Origin: a virus
Lineage: Duplodnaviria > Caudoviricetes
Length of the DNA stretch: 61,023 nt
Direction: 5' to 3' (one strand)
Virus record (IMG/VR): IMGVR_UViG_3300042554_000484
Coordinates: 1 to 61,023 of that record
The translations under genes were made by a program, and so were the position numbers. The notes under the pieces were generated by a model, which saw nothing but the letters and a program-made list of their open reading frames with translations, did no database searches and had not been told where the DNA came from. Numbering within the stretch: position 1 is the first letter of the stretch; each line of letters opens with the position of its first letter. Shown here piece by piece: positions 9,137-17,279 of this stretch.

Positions 9137-9949
9137 TCAGCCCTTCTTCTCGGCGAGGTACTCGGTGTAGAGAGCCGGGTCGCTGACGAACACGTCAGAG
9201 AGAGCCTGCTCGAAAGTGGCTGAGGTGCCGTCAGCGACAGCGGCCTTAGCCAGCGACTCCGCCTTGTGGAAAGCGGAGCCAGTATGAACGGGCGTTGAGC
9301 CGATCTCGCTGAAGATGTCAGCGGACTCGACCTTCGCGTTGGCCGCAAGCAGCGTGCTCTCGACCGACTTCGCCAGGGCCTCATCGACCTCGGCAAGGCG
9401 ACGCAGCGCCGGGCCGACCTGATCGGCGTCAAGACCGAGAGCCCCGTAGGTCTCGCGGGCCTTCACGACCGCGTCAGCGTCAGCACGCTCTGCACGCTCC
9501 TTGAGAAGCGTGGCCTCGGCAGCCTCGGCCTTAGCCATGGCCTCCTGCGCCTGCTTCTCCATGACCTCGAACGCCTTACGAACAGACTCAGGCGCAGCCT
9601 TCATCATGTCCTCGTCGTCCTCGGGCTCTTCCTCATCCGAATCGCCACGGGAGGCCATCTCCTTCTCCATATCGGCGATCCGCGACTCGGCAGCGGCGAG
9701 GGCCTTCAGGGCCTCGTCGAGCCGATCCTCGGTGCTCTTCTCCATGTGGCCCTCCTGGGCGTCGGTGGACGGCACCTCCTCTTCGGAGGTGTCAGGTTCC
9801 TCGGTGATCTGCTCCATCGCTGCCACAACAGCGTCAGGGTCGGCCGCCTTCATGACGAGCCACCCCTCGGCAAGGTGAGCAGGATGATCGACGCCGGATG
9901 TCTCTTCGATAGCAAGATTGACCATCTTGCGCGTACGGCGACGCTCCAC
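9137..9949 (-). CDS. Capsid scaffolding protein
   Basis: GTG start after AGGAGG; N-terminal EETSGVDHPAH, acidic Ala-rich coiled coil, ends PALYTEY. Confidence 0.75.
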   Translation of the reverse strand: MERRRTRKMVNLAIEETSGVDHPAHLAEGWLVMKAADPDAVVAAMEQITEEPDTSEEEVPSTDAQEGHMEKSTEDRLDEALKALAAAESRIADMEKEMASRGDSDEEEPEDDEDMMKAAPESVRKAFEVMEKQAQEAMAKAEAAEATLLKERAERADADAVVKARETYGALGLDADQVGPALRRLAEVDEALAKSVESTLLAANAKVESADIFSEIGSTPVHTGSAFHKAESLAKAAVADGTSATFEQALSDVFVSDPALYTEYLAEKKG

Positions 9950-10155
9950 AGATCCTCCTAAACCAGACACGGGCCGCCAACCCCTAAGTAGGGGCGACGA
10001 CCCGCAGGTCTCGATGAGGCTAGGTTAGCACGATCCCTGTCCCCCGAGAGGGTTGCGAAACGGGTTGTGCGGATGCTAAGGCAAGGCCGACAGCCCAGCC
10101 GGCGATGAAGCCGCAGCCGAGCCACGCCGCCACTGCGACGACAGCGACCCCCGTC

Positions 10156-10377
10156 TCAGGGGTCCACGAGTTCCGTAGGTCCACCGTTGAACACCACTAC
10201 GGGCTTGCTGCGGACTCGTCCACGGGAAGCGGACAGGCGAATGTCGACCTGCTCGGCGGGGAACGCCCGCATGGCGAGGAGGAACTCGGGGGAAAGCAAC
10301 TGTGCACACCACGCCGCCACAACAGGGGGTATGTCGGGTGAGTCGAGGGCAGCCTTGACCACGTCCCGCTGCATCAT
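10156..10377 (-). CDS. Hypothetical protein
   Basis: 73-aa ORF between protease and scaffold. Confidence 0.5.
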   Translation of the reverse strand: MMQRDVVKAALDSPDIPPVVAAWCAQLLSPEFLLAMRAFPAEQVDIRLSASRGRVRSKPVVVFNGGPTELVDP

Positions 10378-10417
10378 CCGAGTGACTCCCGCAGCATCCG
10401 CTCTTCTCCGGGCAGAC

Positions 10418-11083
10418 TCACTCGGTCTCCTCCAAGTCGACGAACAGTCTCTCGGCGCGTCCCCCAATAGAGTAGCCCCTGATCTTGCCGCCCTTGACTA
10501 ACTCCCACGCCCACGGCTTCCACTTCACGCCGAGGAACACGGTGTTAGCGGGGAACGACACCGGTTCATGTGTGTCCTCACCGGTCGCGGCCTTCTTCAT
10601 CATCGGCACCTGCACCTCGTAAGGCCACGTCATCACCTCGACCCACTCCCCAGCGACCTCATCCCGGTCATGCTGAAGACGGATCCGGCGGTCGCCGCCC
10701 TTGACGTAATCCCACACGGCCTTCTGCAACTCTTGCGCGTCGGTCCACTCAGAGTGGGCGTCGAGACGGTCGGGGATGTACATGGGGCCGAGGGTGAACA
10801 TCTCCTCAGAGACGGCCTTGGACACCTCGAAGTCGCCGACACTCTTCGCCACCTCGGGAGTGAAGGCGTCAACAGCGAACAGGCGGGCCTGCTCCTCGGT
10901 GATCTCTTCGAGGCGCGGGTCACCGTCCACGATGTACAGGGCGAGACGTGGGTAGTCGACCCACTGCTTCTCGACGATGTCCCATAGGTAGGTGTCAAGG
11001 GTCTGGGCTTCGTCGTCTTGCTCCATGCGGAACAGGGCGTAGATGCCTTGCTCGTCGACCTTACCGAACAGTCTGGTAGCCAT
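10418..11083 (-). CDS. XkdF-like (S78-related) prohead serine protease with an N-terminal immunity-like domain
   Basis: C-terminal part: G..Y.PD..DAH.EW...I.LQH...W..VK.G.I.GYSIGG. First ~80 aa: ALFR...W...IVDGD...EEITEEQA. Confidence 0.78.
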   Translation of the reverse strand: MATRLFGKVDEQGIYALFRMEQDDEAQTLDTYLWDIVEKQWVDYPRLALYIVDGDPRLEEITEEQARLFAVDAFTPEVAKSVGDFEVSKAVSEEMFTLGPMYIPDRLDAHSEWTDAQELQKAVWDYVKGGDRRIRLQHDRDEVAGEWVEVMTWPYEVQVPMMKKAATGEDTHEPVSFPANTVFLGVKWKPWAWELVKGGKIRGYSIGGRAERLFVDLEETE

Positions 11084-11104
11084 AACTCTCCTTCTACCCC
11101 CAGT

Positions 11105-13717
11105 TTAGACTAGGCCGGCGTCTTGAGCCGTCTGGAACCCCTGGAACAGGGTCGTGCCGATCGACAGCACCGAACCGGACGGCACCGCAATGCTCCGTGC
11201 CATGCGGGTCATGCGGTTGTACGTCTTCCAGCGGGTCCGATTGTCGCGAGACTCACGATATGTCTCGTACTCGGCGTGGATCGGCTCCTTCGCCTTGAGG
11301 GATCCGGGCGTGTGGAACTGCAACTCGAACTTCTGCCCATTCGGGTGAACGGCAGCGACGTTGATCCCCTGGTAGGGGTCGCCTTCCTGCCAGTAGTTCT
11401 TGACTCGCATCTGGTAGCCCTTGGCTTCGAGGTCGCTGATCGTGGCGGACACGCCATCGGTGTAGCCGTCTTCCTCGAAGGTCATGGTGTAGCGCACCAC
11501 GTCGGACATCTTGTCGGCAGTGACCTCGGCGTCGCCGCCGTTCTCGACCTTCTCGTCGTCGATCTTCCGAGCGAGGGACTTCTCCGCCTTCATCCGGTAG
11601 TCGAGACCCTCCATGGTGCCGCCGTTAGCGTTCGCCGTGTCGATCATGTCTTTCGTGATCTCGGGCTCGGCCTCGGCTGCCTTGTCACGAACCCGCTTGG
11701 CCGCTGCGACCACGTTGTCGGGTCGACCGGTGGCCGAGGGGTTGTCGACCGGGTTCAACTTGTAGCCGCCATAAGACGCGCCACCCTCGGGCGCCACCGA
11801 GTCCCCTCCGCCGGCCGAGGATCCACCACCCTTACGGGGGGCATGGCTCGACTGGTCATGTGACCCGTGCTTCTCGACAGGCCAGTTGAGGGTCACCACG
11901 GCACCACCCGGCAGGGAGAACGTGGTCAGGCTGTTGGGCAGGTAGTCGTAGTACAGGGTGTGGCCGTCGAGTGACTTCGAGGTGCGGTTGCGCTTGTCAC
12001 CCGGCCACATGCCGGTGACCTCACGGTGCCGGATCGCGCAGTAGCCCTTGGCCTGCTCGCTGGTCATGTACTTCCCGACCGCAGCCACACAGGCAGTGAA
12101 GTCGCCGCCGGCGCCCCACGAAATCTTGCCCTTGCCACCGCCACGCCAGTAGTCCCGCAGCGCCTCGGGGTTGCCGCGCTTCTCCATCTCGTCCGCGAGG
12201 TAGGCGTAGGAACCGAAGTCGGACAGGTCGTCGTCGTCCATGGTGGACAGCAACTCTTCCTCGTCGACCTCGTCATCGGTCAGTGGCCCGCCCGTGAGCC
12301 ACGCCGAGCAGGATCGTGCCGCAGCGCACTTGAACTGGAACAACTCGCAGTAGCCCAGACCCGCCGCCTCGGCGACATCTTCACCCTCGTCGCTGATGTT
12401 GCCGGCGATGGCATCGACGATCTCTTCCTTCACGTTGAAGGCGGCACAGTTGCCGCAGCGGGTCGTAGACGCCTCATCCGCCGGCACGCCCCACACCTCA
12501 CCGAGACGCTCCCAGTAGTCGCCGGGCTCGTCCGGGTTCATCGGCCCATACAGGTACTCGTCGATGGCGTGCTGCCGGTTCTCAAGGTTGACGTGGATGT
12601 CAGTGATCGCCTCGGGGACGGCACGCTTCTCCACGTCACCGAGCACGGAACGCACCCATGACCGGCCGGGGTCTCCGCCCCACGCATCCCACGCCACACG
12701 CCACGGCGTCGGCTCCCCGTCGTCGAGTTGGGCGTGGTCGCCGCGCTGCTTGCCGTGCCGGGCGAAGTAGGCCCGCATCTTCACCAGCGTGTCCTGGCCG
12801 ACCGTGCCGCCCTCGGCGAGTTGCCTAGCCCGGTTGCGGCCCACTGAGGTGAACCCGTCGCCGGCCTTGCCGTCCTCAATCCACGCCACGGCTCGACGGG
12901 CAGCGGAGCGGACAGCGTCGGGCACCTTGTACGAGTCGGCCTTCTCAAGGGCCCCAATGGACTTCAGGGACGACGCCCGATGCCCCACGACCGTGTCCGT
13001 GGGCCGGAAGCCCTGAGAGGTGAGCCGGTACACGCGGATCAGCACCGCTGGATCCTCTTCCGAGGCGTTCAGGGTGAAAGTGGAGTCGGGCACGTTGACC
13101 TTGCCCTCGGTGACGATCCGCTCGATGCGGCCCCTGGCGGGTCCACCGGATGAGCCCCAGGTGACGAAGTCGTCGACTCGCCATTCCTTCGCCTTAGCGA
13201 ACCGTTCGATCTGGTCGAGACGGGCCTGCGCTTCCTCGCGAGTGTCGTAGGTGCCGAACTCCCGATCCGTGTCCTCGGCCATGACGACGTACTTGCCGTC
13301 CCGCTCGACGATGCGCTTGAGCATGGCTTTCGGCTTCTCGGCGCCCATGATGGAGTCGACGTGGACCGTGTTCACGTTGGGTGACGCCTTGAGGACGTAG
13401 CCGTCGACTGTGAGGAGCACCTGCACGACGCCGCCGGCTTCGAGGGCCTTGGCGAGGGGCTCGGACAGGTCGCCGGGGAAGTCGATGTCGTCGACCGACG
13501 CCACCTCGGCCTCATCGACCACGATCACTGACCGGGACCATTGGTCATCCTCGTGTCCGTGGTCGAGGCCCCGCTTCAGCATCTCCTGCGACACCAGATG
13601 GTGGGCCTGCACCGCAGCCGGGTCATCCACGGCAGAGGCGTCTAGGCGGGTGTGCAGTGCGACTAGGTCGTCGGTGGGGAGAGCGGCCAGCCTGACGGCG
13701 GGGTCGGTCACTGTCAT
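11105..13717 (-). CDS. Multidomain head-associated polyprotein with C-terminal RelA/SpoT-like (Apk/Tas1-type) nucleotidyltransferase toxin domain
   Basis: C-terminal motifs RMKAEKSLARKI, DVVRYT, KNYW, YQGIN, FELQFHT, H..YE..R; internal AW.AWGGD.G, Cys-rich and Tudor/SH3-like modules. Confidence 0.8.
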   Translation of the reverse strand: MTVTDPAVRLAALPTDDLVALHTRLDASAVDDPAAVQAHHLVSQEMLKRGLDHGHEDDQWSRSVIVVDEAEVASVDDIDFPGDLSEPLAKALEAGGVVQVLLTVDGYVLKASPNVNTVHVDSIMGAEKPKAMLKRIVERDGKYVVMAEDTDREFGTYDTREEAQARLDQIERFAKAKEWRVDDFVTWGSSGGPARGRIERIVTEGKVNVPDSTFTLNASEEDPAVLIRVYRLTSQGFRPTDTVVGHRASSLKSIGALEKADSYKVPDAVRSAARRAVAWIEDGKAGDGFTSVGRNRARQLAEGGTVGQDTLVKMRAYFARHGKQRGDHAQLDDGEPTPWRVAWDAWGGDPGRSWVRSVLGDVEKRAVPEAITDIHVNLENRQHAIDEYLYGPMNPDEPGDYWERLGEVWGVPADEASTTRCGNCAAFNVKEEIVDAIAGNISDEGEDVAEAAGLGYCELFQFKCAAARSCSAWLTGGPLTDDEVDEEELLSTMDDDDLSDFGSYAYLADEMEKRGNPEALRDYWRGGGKGKISWGAGGDFTACVAAVGKYMTSEQAKGYCAIRHREVTGMWPGDKRNRTSKSLDGHTLYYDYLPNSLTTFSLPGGAVVTLNWPVEKHGSHDQSSHAPRKGGGSSAGGGDSVAPEGGASYGGYKLNPVDNPSATGRPDNVVAAAKRVRDKAAEAEPEITKDMIDTANANGGTMEGLDYRMKAEKSLARKIDDEKVENGGDAEVTADKMSDVVRYTMTFEEDGYTDGVSATISDLEAKGYQMRVKNYWQEGDPYQGINVAAVHPNGQKFELQFHTPGSLKAKEPIHAEYETYRESRDNRTRWKTYNRMTRMARSIAVPSGSVLSIGTTLFQGFQTAQDAGLV

Positions 13718-13744
13718 TAGTCCTCCGGGCTCGATCCTCCTAGG

Positions 13745-13957
13745 TTACCGCTCGACAGGCTCCTGGCCGGGGCTTGGCAGTAGCGCATATGCCATAACGT
13801 CGATGAGGATCTCGCCGTAGATGTCAGTGGCGTCTTCGAGTTTCTGCCCGGCCTTCACTTCGCGCTCCATCACGTCCCAGAACTCGGGGGGTGCCTGATC
13901 GTAGGCGACGGCCTTGAGGGCGGCGATGACTTCGAGGTCTTTCTCCTGCTCGGTCAC
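13745..13957 (-). CDS. Small acidic protein (candidate immunity)
   Basis: 70 aa, Asp/Glu-rich, coupled to the upstream ORF by GTGA overlap. Confidence 0.5.
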   Translation of the reverse strand: MTEQEKDLEVIAALKAVAYDQAPPEFWDVMEREVKAGQKLEDATDIYGEILIDVMAYALLPSPGQEPVER

Positions 13958-14151
13958 TTGACTCTCCGGTAGTACGGGGACTGGAAGACGGCCTCTTGCT
14001 CCTCCGGCGTCATCTTGTCGAACTCGTCGGCGAAGGCGTACATCTCGGGTAGGGCTTCGCGCATGGCCTGCTCATACTCGGTGTCGCTGGCGGTCTCGGG
14101 CAGGGCGTCATAGACCTTCTCCGAGGCTGCGAGGATCTTATCTACGTTCAT
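13954..14151 (-). CDS. Small acidic protein (candidate immunity)
   Basis: ATG at 14151 after GGAGG; own extended -10-like element just upstream. Confidence 0.55.
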   Translation of the reverse strand: MNVDKILAASEKVYDALPETASDTEYEQAMREALPEMYAFADEFDKMTPEEQEAVFQSPYYRRVK

Positions 14152-14195
14152 GGTCTTCCCTCCTTCCATACTCTAACCCCCGTTATGATACCACG

Positions 14196-17100
14196 TTAGT
14201 CGAACAGGGTTTGCTGCCCAGGAATCTGCGGCTCAGACGGAGCCCCAGCAGCCGCCTCAGTCTCCGTAGTCGACCGCCTCGGCCCGGAGGGGCTCAACTC
14301 CTTGATCCCATACCAATCCGTGCCCAGCAACGCCTCCTTGCCCGGCCAGGTAGCGGCACCATCGACGAAGCCCCACGACGCCACCTCGCGGGGGCTCGGA
14401 TAGTCAGGATCCGATGTCGGTAGATCGAGCCGCGCCCGCAGGCTCCTACCCGACCGCTCAACCGAGCCTGGAAGCGCACCGCTATCGAGCACCTCATCGA
14501 ACTGGTACTTGACTGAACTGGTCGCCCCACCGGTACGCGCCCAGTCGAAGCCCTGCCTCGCCCACGCGAACCCACCCACGTCGAGGGCGGCGTGGACATG
14601 CACGTCGGTGATGCCGTGTGAGATGTAGTAGTCCTCTGCCCGCTTATTGAAGACCTTGGCGAACCCGGTGCCCTGGTACTCCTCGTCGATTCGGAGGAGT
14701 TCGTGGCTTACAGCCACTCTGCCGTTGTCGTCAACGAAGAAGCGTCGCTGGAACTCGCCGGCCCAGTCTCCGTTCTCGGTGTAGATCGTGCCGGTGACAT
14801 CGACGTGGTTCTCGCCCCAGTAACGCTCGACAGTCACATCCCCGACCTCGGCTTGTAGCCGGACGACTCGGCCATCGGGTGTCATGCCCTCGTGGCCTAT
14901 CCCGTAGACCTCGTTGAAAGCGTCGGTGTCTAACCCCTCTAGATCGGATTGCCGCATCTCGTCACCGTAGTCAGCGACGTAGAGGTCCAAGTCGCTTTCC
15001 ATGCGTGCTTCGAGGCGCTCGTCGAACTCTTGCTGGTAGGTGTTGCCCATGAGGGGCTCTTCATAGTCTGGGTCGTCACTGCGATCTACCCAGCCCTCGT
15101 CTGCCATCTCCTCGGCGACTGCATCGCGTGCGCCTTCCTCAATAACATCGGCATATTCGTCGCGGACTCGCTCACGCAACGCATCATCATCCATGCCGCC
15201 AGCGGCACCGACCTCCAACACGTCACGGCCCGGCCCCACGTTAGCCATCGCGTCGATGTCTTTCTGCCGAGCGCCCCAACCCGACGACGCCCCACCGCCA
15301 CCACGACCATGCGACTTCTGATCATGCGCCCCGCCGAGATGCTTCCGCAGAGACTTATCCATCCACGACGGCCTGCCGTACTTCTCGTAGTAAGACTCCC
15401 GCAGGCTACGAGCCTCATCGTCAGTGAAGCCCCAACGCTTCTTCCGCTTGATCCCCACCCGTTCCGCAACCCGAGTGATACGCCGCTCCACACGTCCCAT
15501 CGCCGAACCGAGGCGCCGCGCCAAAGGCGATTCCGGCAAGTTGAGATCCGAATAGTCACCTGTCACAAGGGCCTGAGCGATAGCCTCACGCTGATCTTCG
15601 TATTCTTCCTGCCACGTCTTACCGCCGCCGCGCCTGGAACTAGGTTCATCCGTGTCGAAGTTACTGGTGAACGTGCCACCACCTGACGGCGTGTACCGGC
15701 CCGGCACGCCACGCAACTCGTCAGCCGCAGACGACCCGCCACCACGACGGCCATGTGACGACTGATCGTGTGAGCCGTGCTTTAGGACTGGTCGGAGGCC
15801 GGGCTCGAAGGCGACGACGATTCCTCGCCCGCGAACTTCGCCCACAGAGTCTTTGCGTACTCGTCGATCTCCGCGTCCGTCATCTTCGACAGGTCCGGCA
15901 GTTTCACTACCTGCAACGGCCTTTCCGACTGCTCCTGTGCCACCGGTATCTATCTCCTCGAAGTTGGCTACGTCCCAAATGCTGATCTGGTCCCGCTTAC
16001 GTCCCGCGTCGATAGCGGTGTCACGGTCCATGATGTTCTCGGACACGTCGAGATACACCTTGCCGTCCGCCTGATTGTGCCACAACCCCAGATAGGAGCC
16101 CTCGGACAACTCGCGGTTGGACTTCATGAAAGAGCCCAACGCCTCGGGGCCGCGCTCCGGGTCGTAGAACTCGTCGGCGTCCATGATGGCGCCCTTGCTG
16201 CCGCCCATGGCGACCATGAAGCCCTTAGTGGGTTCGGATCCGTCGACCATGTTGACGGAGAGGCCGCCGTTAGCGCGGACCCTTTCGACGATGGATTGTG
16301 CGACGGTGCCGTCGAGTTTCAGGCTTGATCCTCCGCCGCCTCGGCGACCGTGTGAGGACTGGTCGTGGCTGCCGTGCTTCAGTACGGGGCGCAGCCCAGG
16401 CTCGAACGCCACGAGCACCGACTTCGCTATCGGCTTCACCGCAGTAGGCGGGACAGCGGGATCGAAAGTGTCGAGGATGATGACACGCTCGAACTCGTCA
16501 TCGCCGGCTGCCTTTGTCACGCCCGTTCCCCAGTTGTATCTCCCAGCGAAGTATGTCGACGCCGGGTTCGTGGTGGATCCACCAGTCAGGGACCATTCTG
16601 CCCAAGACTCGGCCAAATGCTCGTAATCATTGAATCTACCGTAGGTACTAAGCGCGTCCATGCCGCCGTTGTCCCGTAGCGCATAGTAGTCGTCGCCGAT
16701 CTGACGGTTGCTGCGCTTGTCGGTGACGTGGCCGTACTCGTGCGTGACAACATACTTCACTTGGCTTACCGTCTGCGCGGAAGGCATCGAATAGCCTTCT
16801 TCGCGGTTGATCAACTTGGCGCCTTGCGCGTATTCCGGGCGCATGTTTATCTGCTTCTCGCCTCGTAGTACGAACGCTTTAGTTGAGTCCTGCACGATGT
16901 CAGCGTTATCGCGGAAGGGCGCGTTACTGAACACTACCGTCAAGCCGCTGACGGGAACCTGCGACTGGCAAGTGTTGAGCGCCTCCATGGTGTCGCGCAT
17001 GGCTGCCGCGTCGGGCTCGCCACCGCCGAGCAACTCGACTCGCACTCGTGAGCCGTTAGGTCCGGTGTATTCGGTTGTCCTATCAGTGAAGTCGTCGGCT

Positions 17101-17279
17101 AGGTCTCCGGCCCGCTGCGGATCGTTGGGGTACTGCCCACTGAACCGGGCTAGGTAGTCGGCGCGGATGTCATCGCGGCTACGCTGCGCCCAGCCCTCGG
17201 GAAGATCAGATGTCCCGCCCTTGTGCGGGTTATGCGACGCCTGATTATGAGACCCATGCTTGACAACCGTGTCCATCAC
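14196..17279 (-). CDS. 1027-aa tagged polyprotein: HExxH metallopeptidase, unknown/possible SAM-lyase-like, unknown, and GNAT domains
   Basis: Four KH(G/LGG)xHxQxSH motifs; HEYGH...STYG...EHLAE; YLGLW...VYLDVS; EEYQGTGFA...GGFAWARQGF. Confidence 0.75.
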   Translation of the reverse strand: MMDTVVKHGSHNQASHNPHKGGTSDLPEGWAQRSRDDIRADYLARFSGQYPNDPQRAGDLADDFTDRTTEYTGPNGSRVRVELLGGGEPDAAAMRDTMEALNTCQSQVPVSGLTVVFSNAPFRDNADIVQDSTKAFVLRGEKQINMRPEYAQGAKLINREEGYSMPSAQTVSQVKYVVTHEYGHVTDKRSNRQIGDDYYALRDNGGMDALSTYGRFNDYEHLAESWAEWSLTGGSTTNPASTYFAGRYNWGTGVTKAAGDDEFERVIILDTFDPAVPPTAVKPIAKSVLVAFEPGLRPVLKHGSHDQSSHGRRGGGGSSLKLDGTVAQSIVERVRANGGLSVNMVDGSEPTKGFMVAMGGSKGAIMDADEFYDPERGPEALGSFMKSNRELSEGSYLGLWHNQADGKVYLDVSENIMDRDTAIDAGRKRDQISIWDVANFEEIDTGGTGAVGKAVAGSETAGPVEDDGRGDRRVRKDSVGEVRGRGIVVAFEPGLRPVLKHGSHDQSSHGRRGGGSSAADELRGVPGRYTPSGGGTFTSNFDTDEPSSRRGGGKTWQEEYEDQREAIAQALVTGDYSDLNLPESPLARRLGSAMGRVERRITRVAERVGIKRKKRWGFTDDEARSLRESYYEKYGRPSWMDKSLRKHLGGAHDQKSHGRGGGGASSGWGARQKDIDAMANVGPGRDVLEVGAAGGMDDDALRERVRDEYADVIEEGARDAVAEEMADEGWVDRSDDPDYEEPLMGNTYQQEFDERLEARMESDLDLYVADYGDEMRQSDLEGLDTDAFNEVYGIGHEGMTPDGRVVRLQAEVGDVTVERYWGENHVDVTGTIYTENGDWAGEFQRRFFVDDNGRVAVSHELLRIDEEYQGTGFAKVFNKRAEDYYISHGITDVHVHAALDVGGFAWARQGFDWARTGGATSSVKYQFDEVLDSGALPGSVERSGRSLRARLDLPTSDPDYPSPREVASWGFVDGAATWPGKEALLGTDWYGIKELSPSGPRRSTTETEAAAGAPSEPQIPGQQTLFD

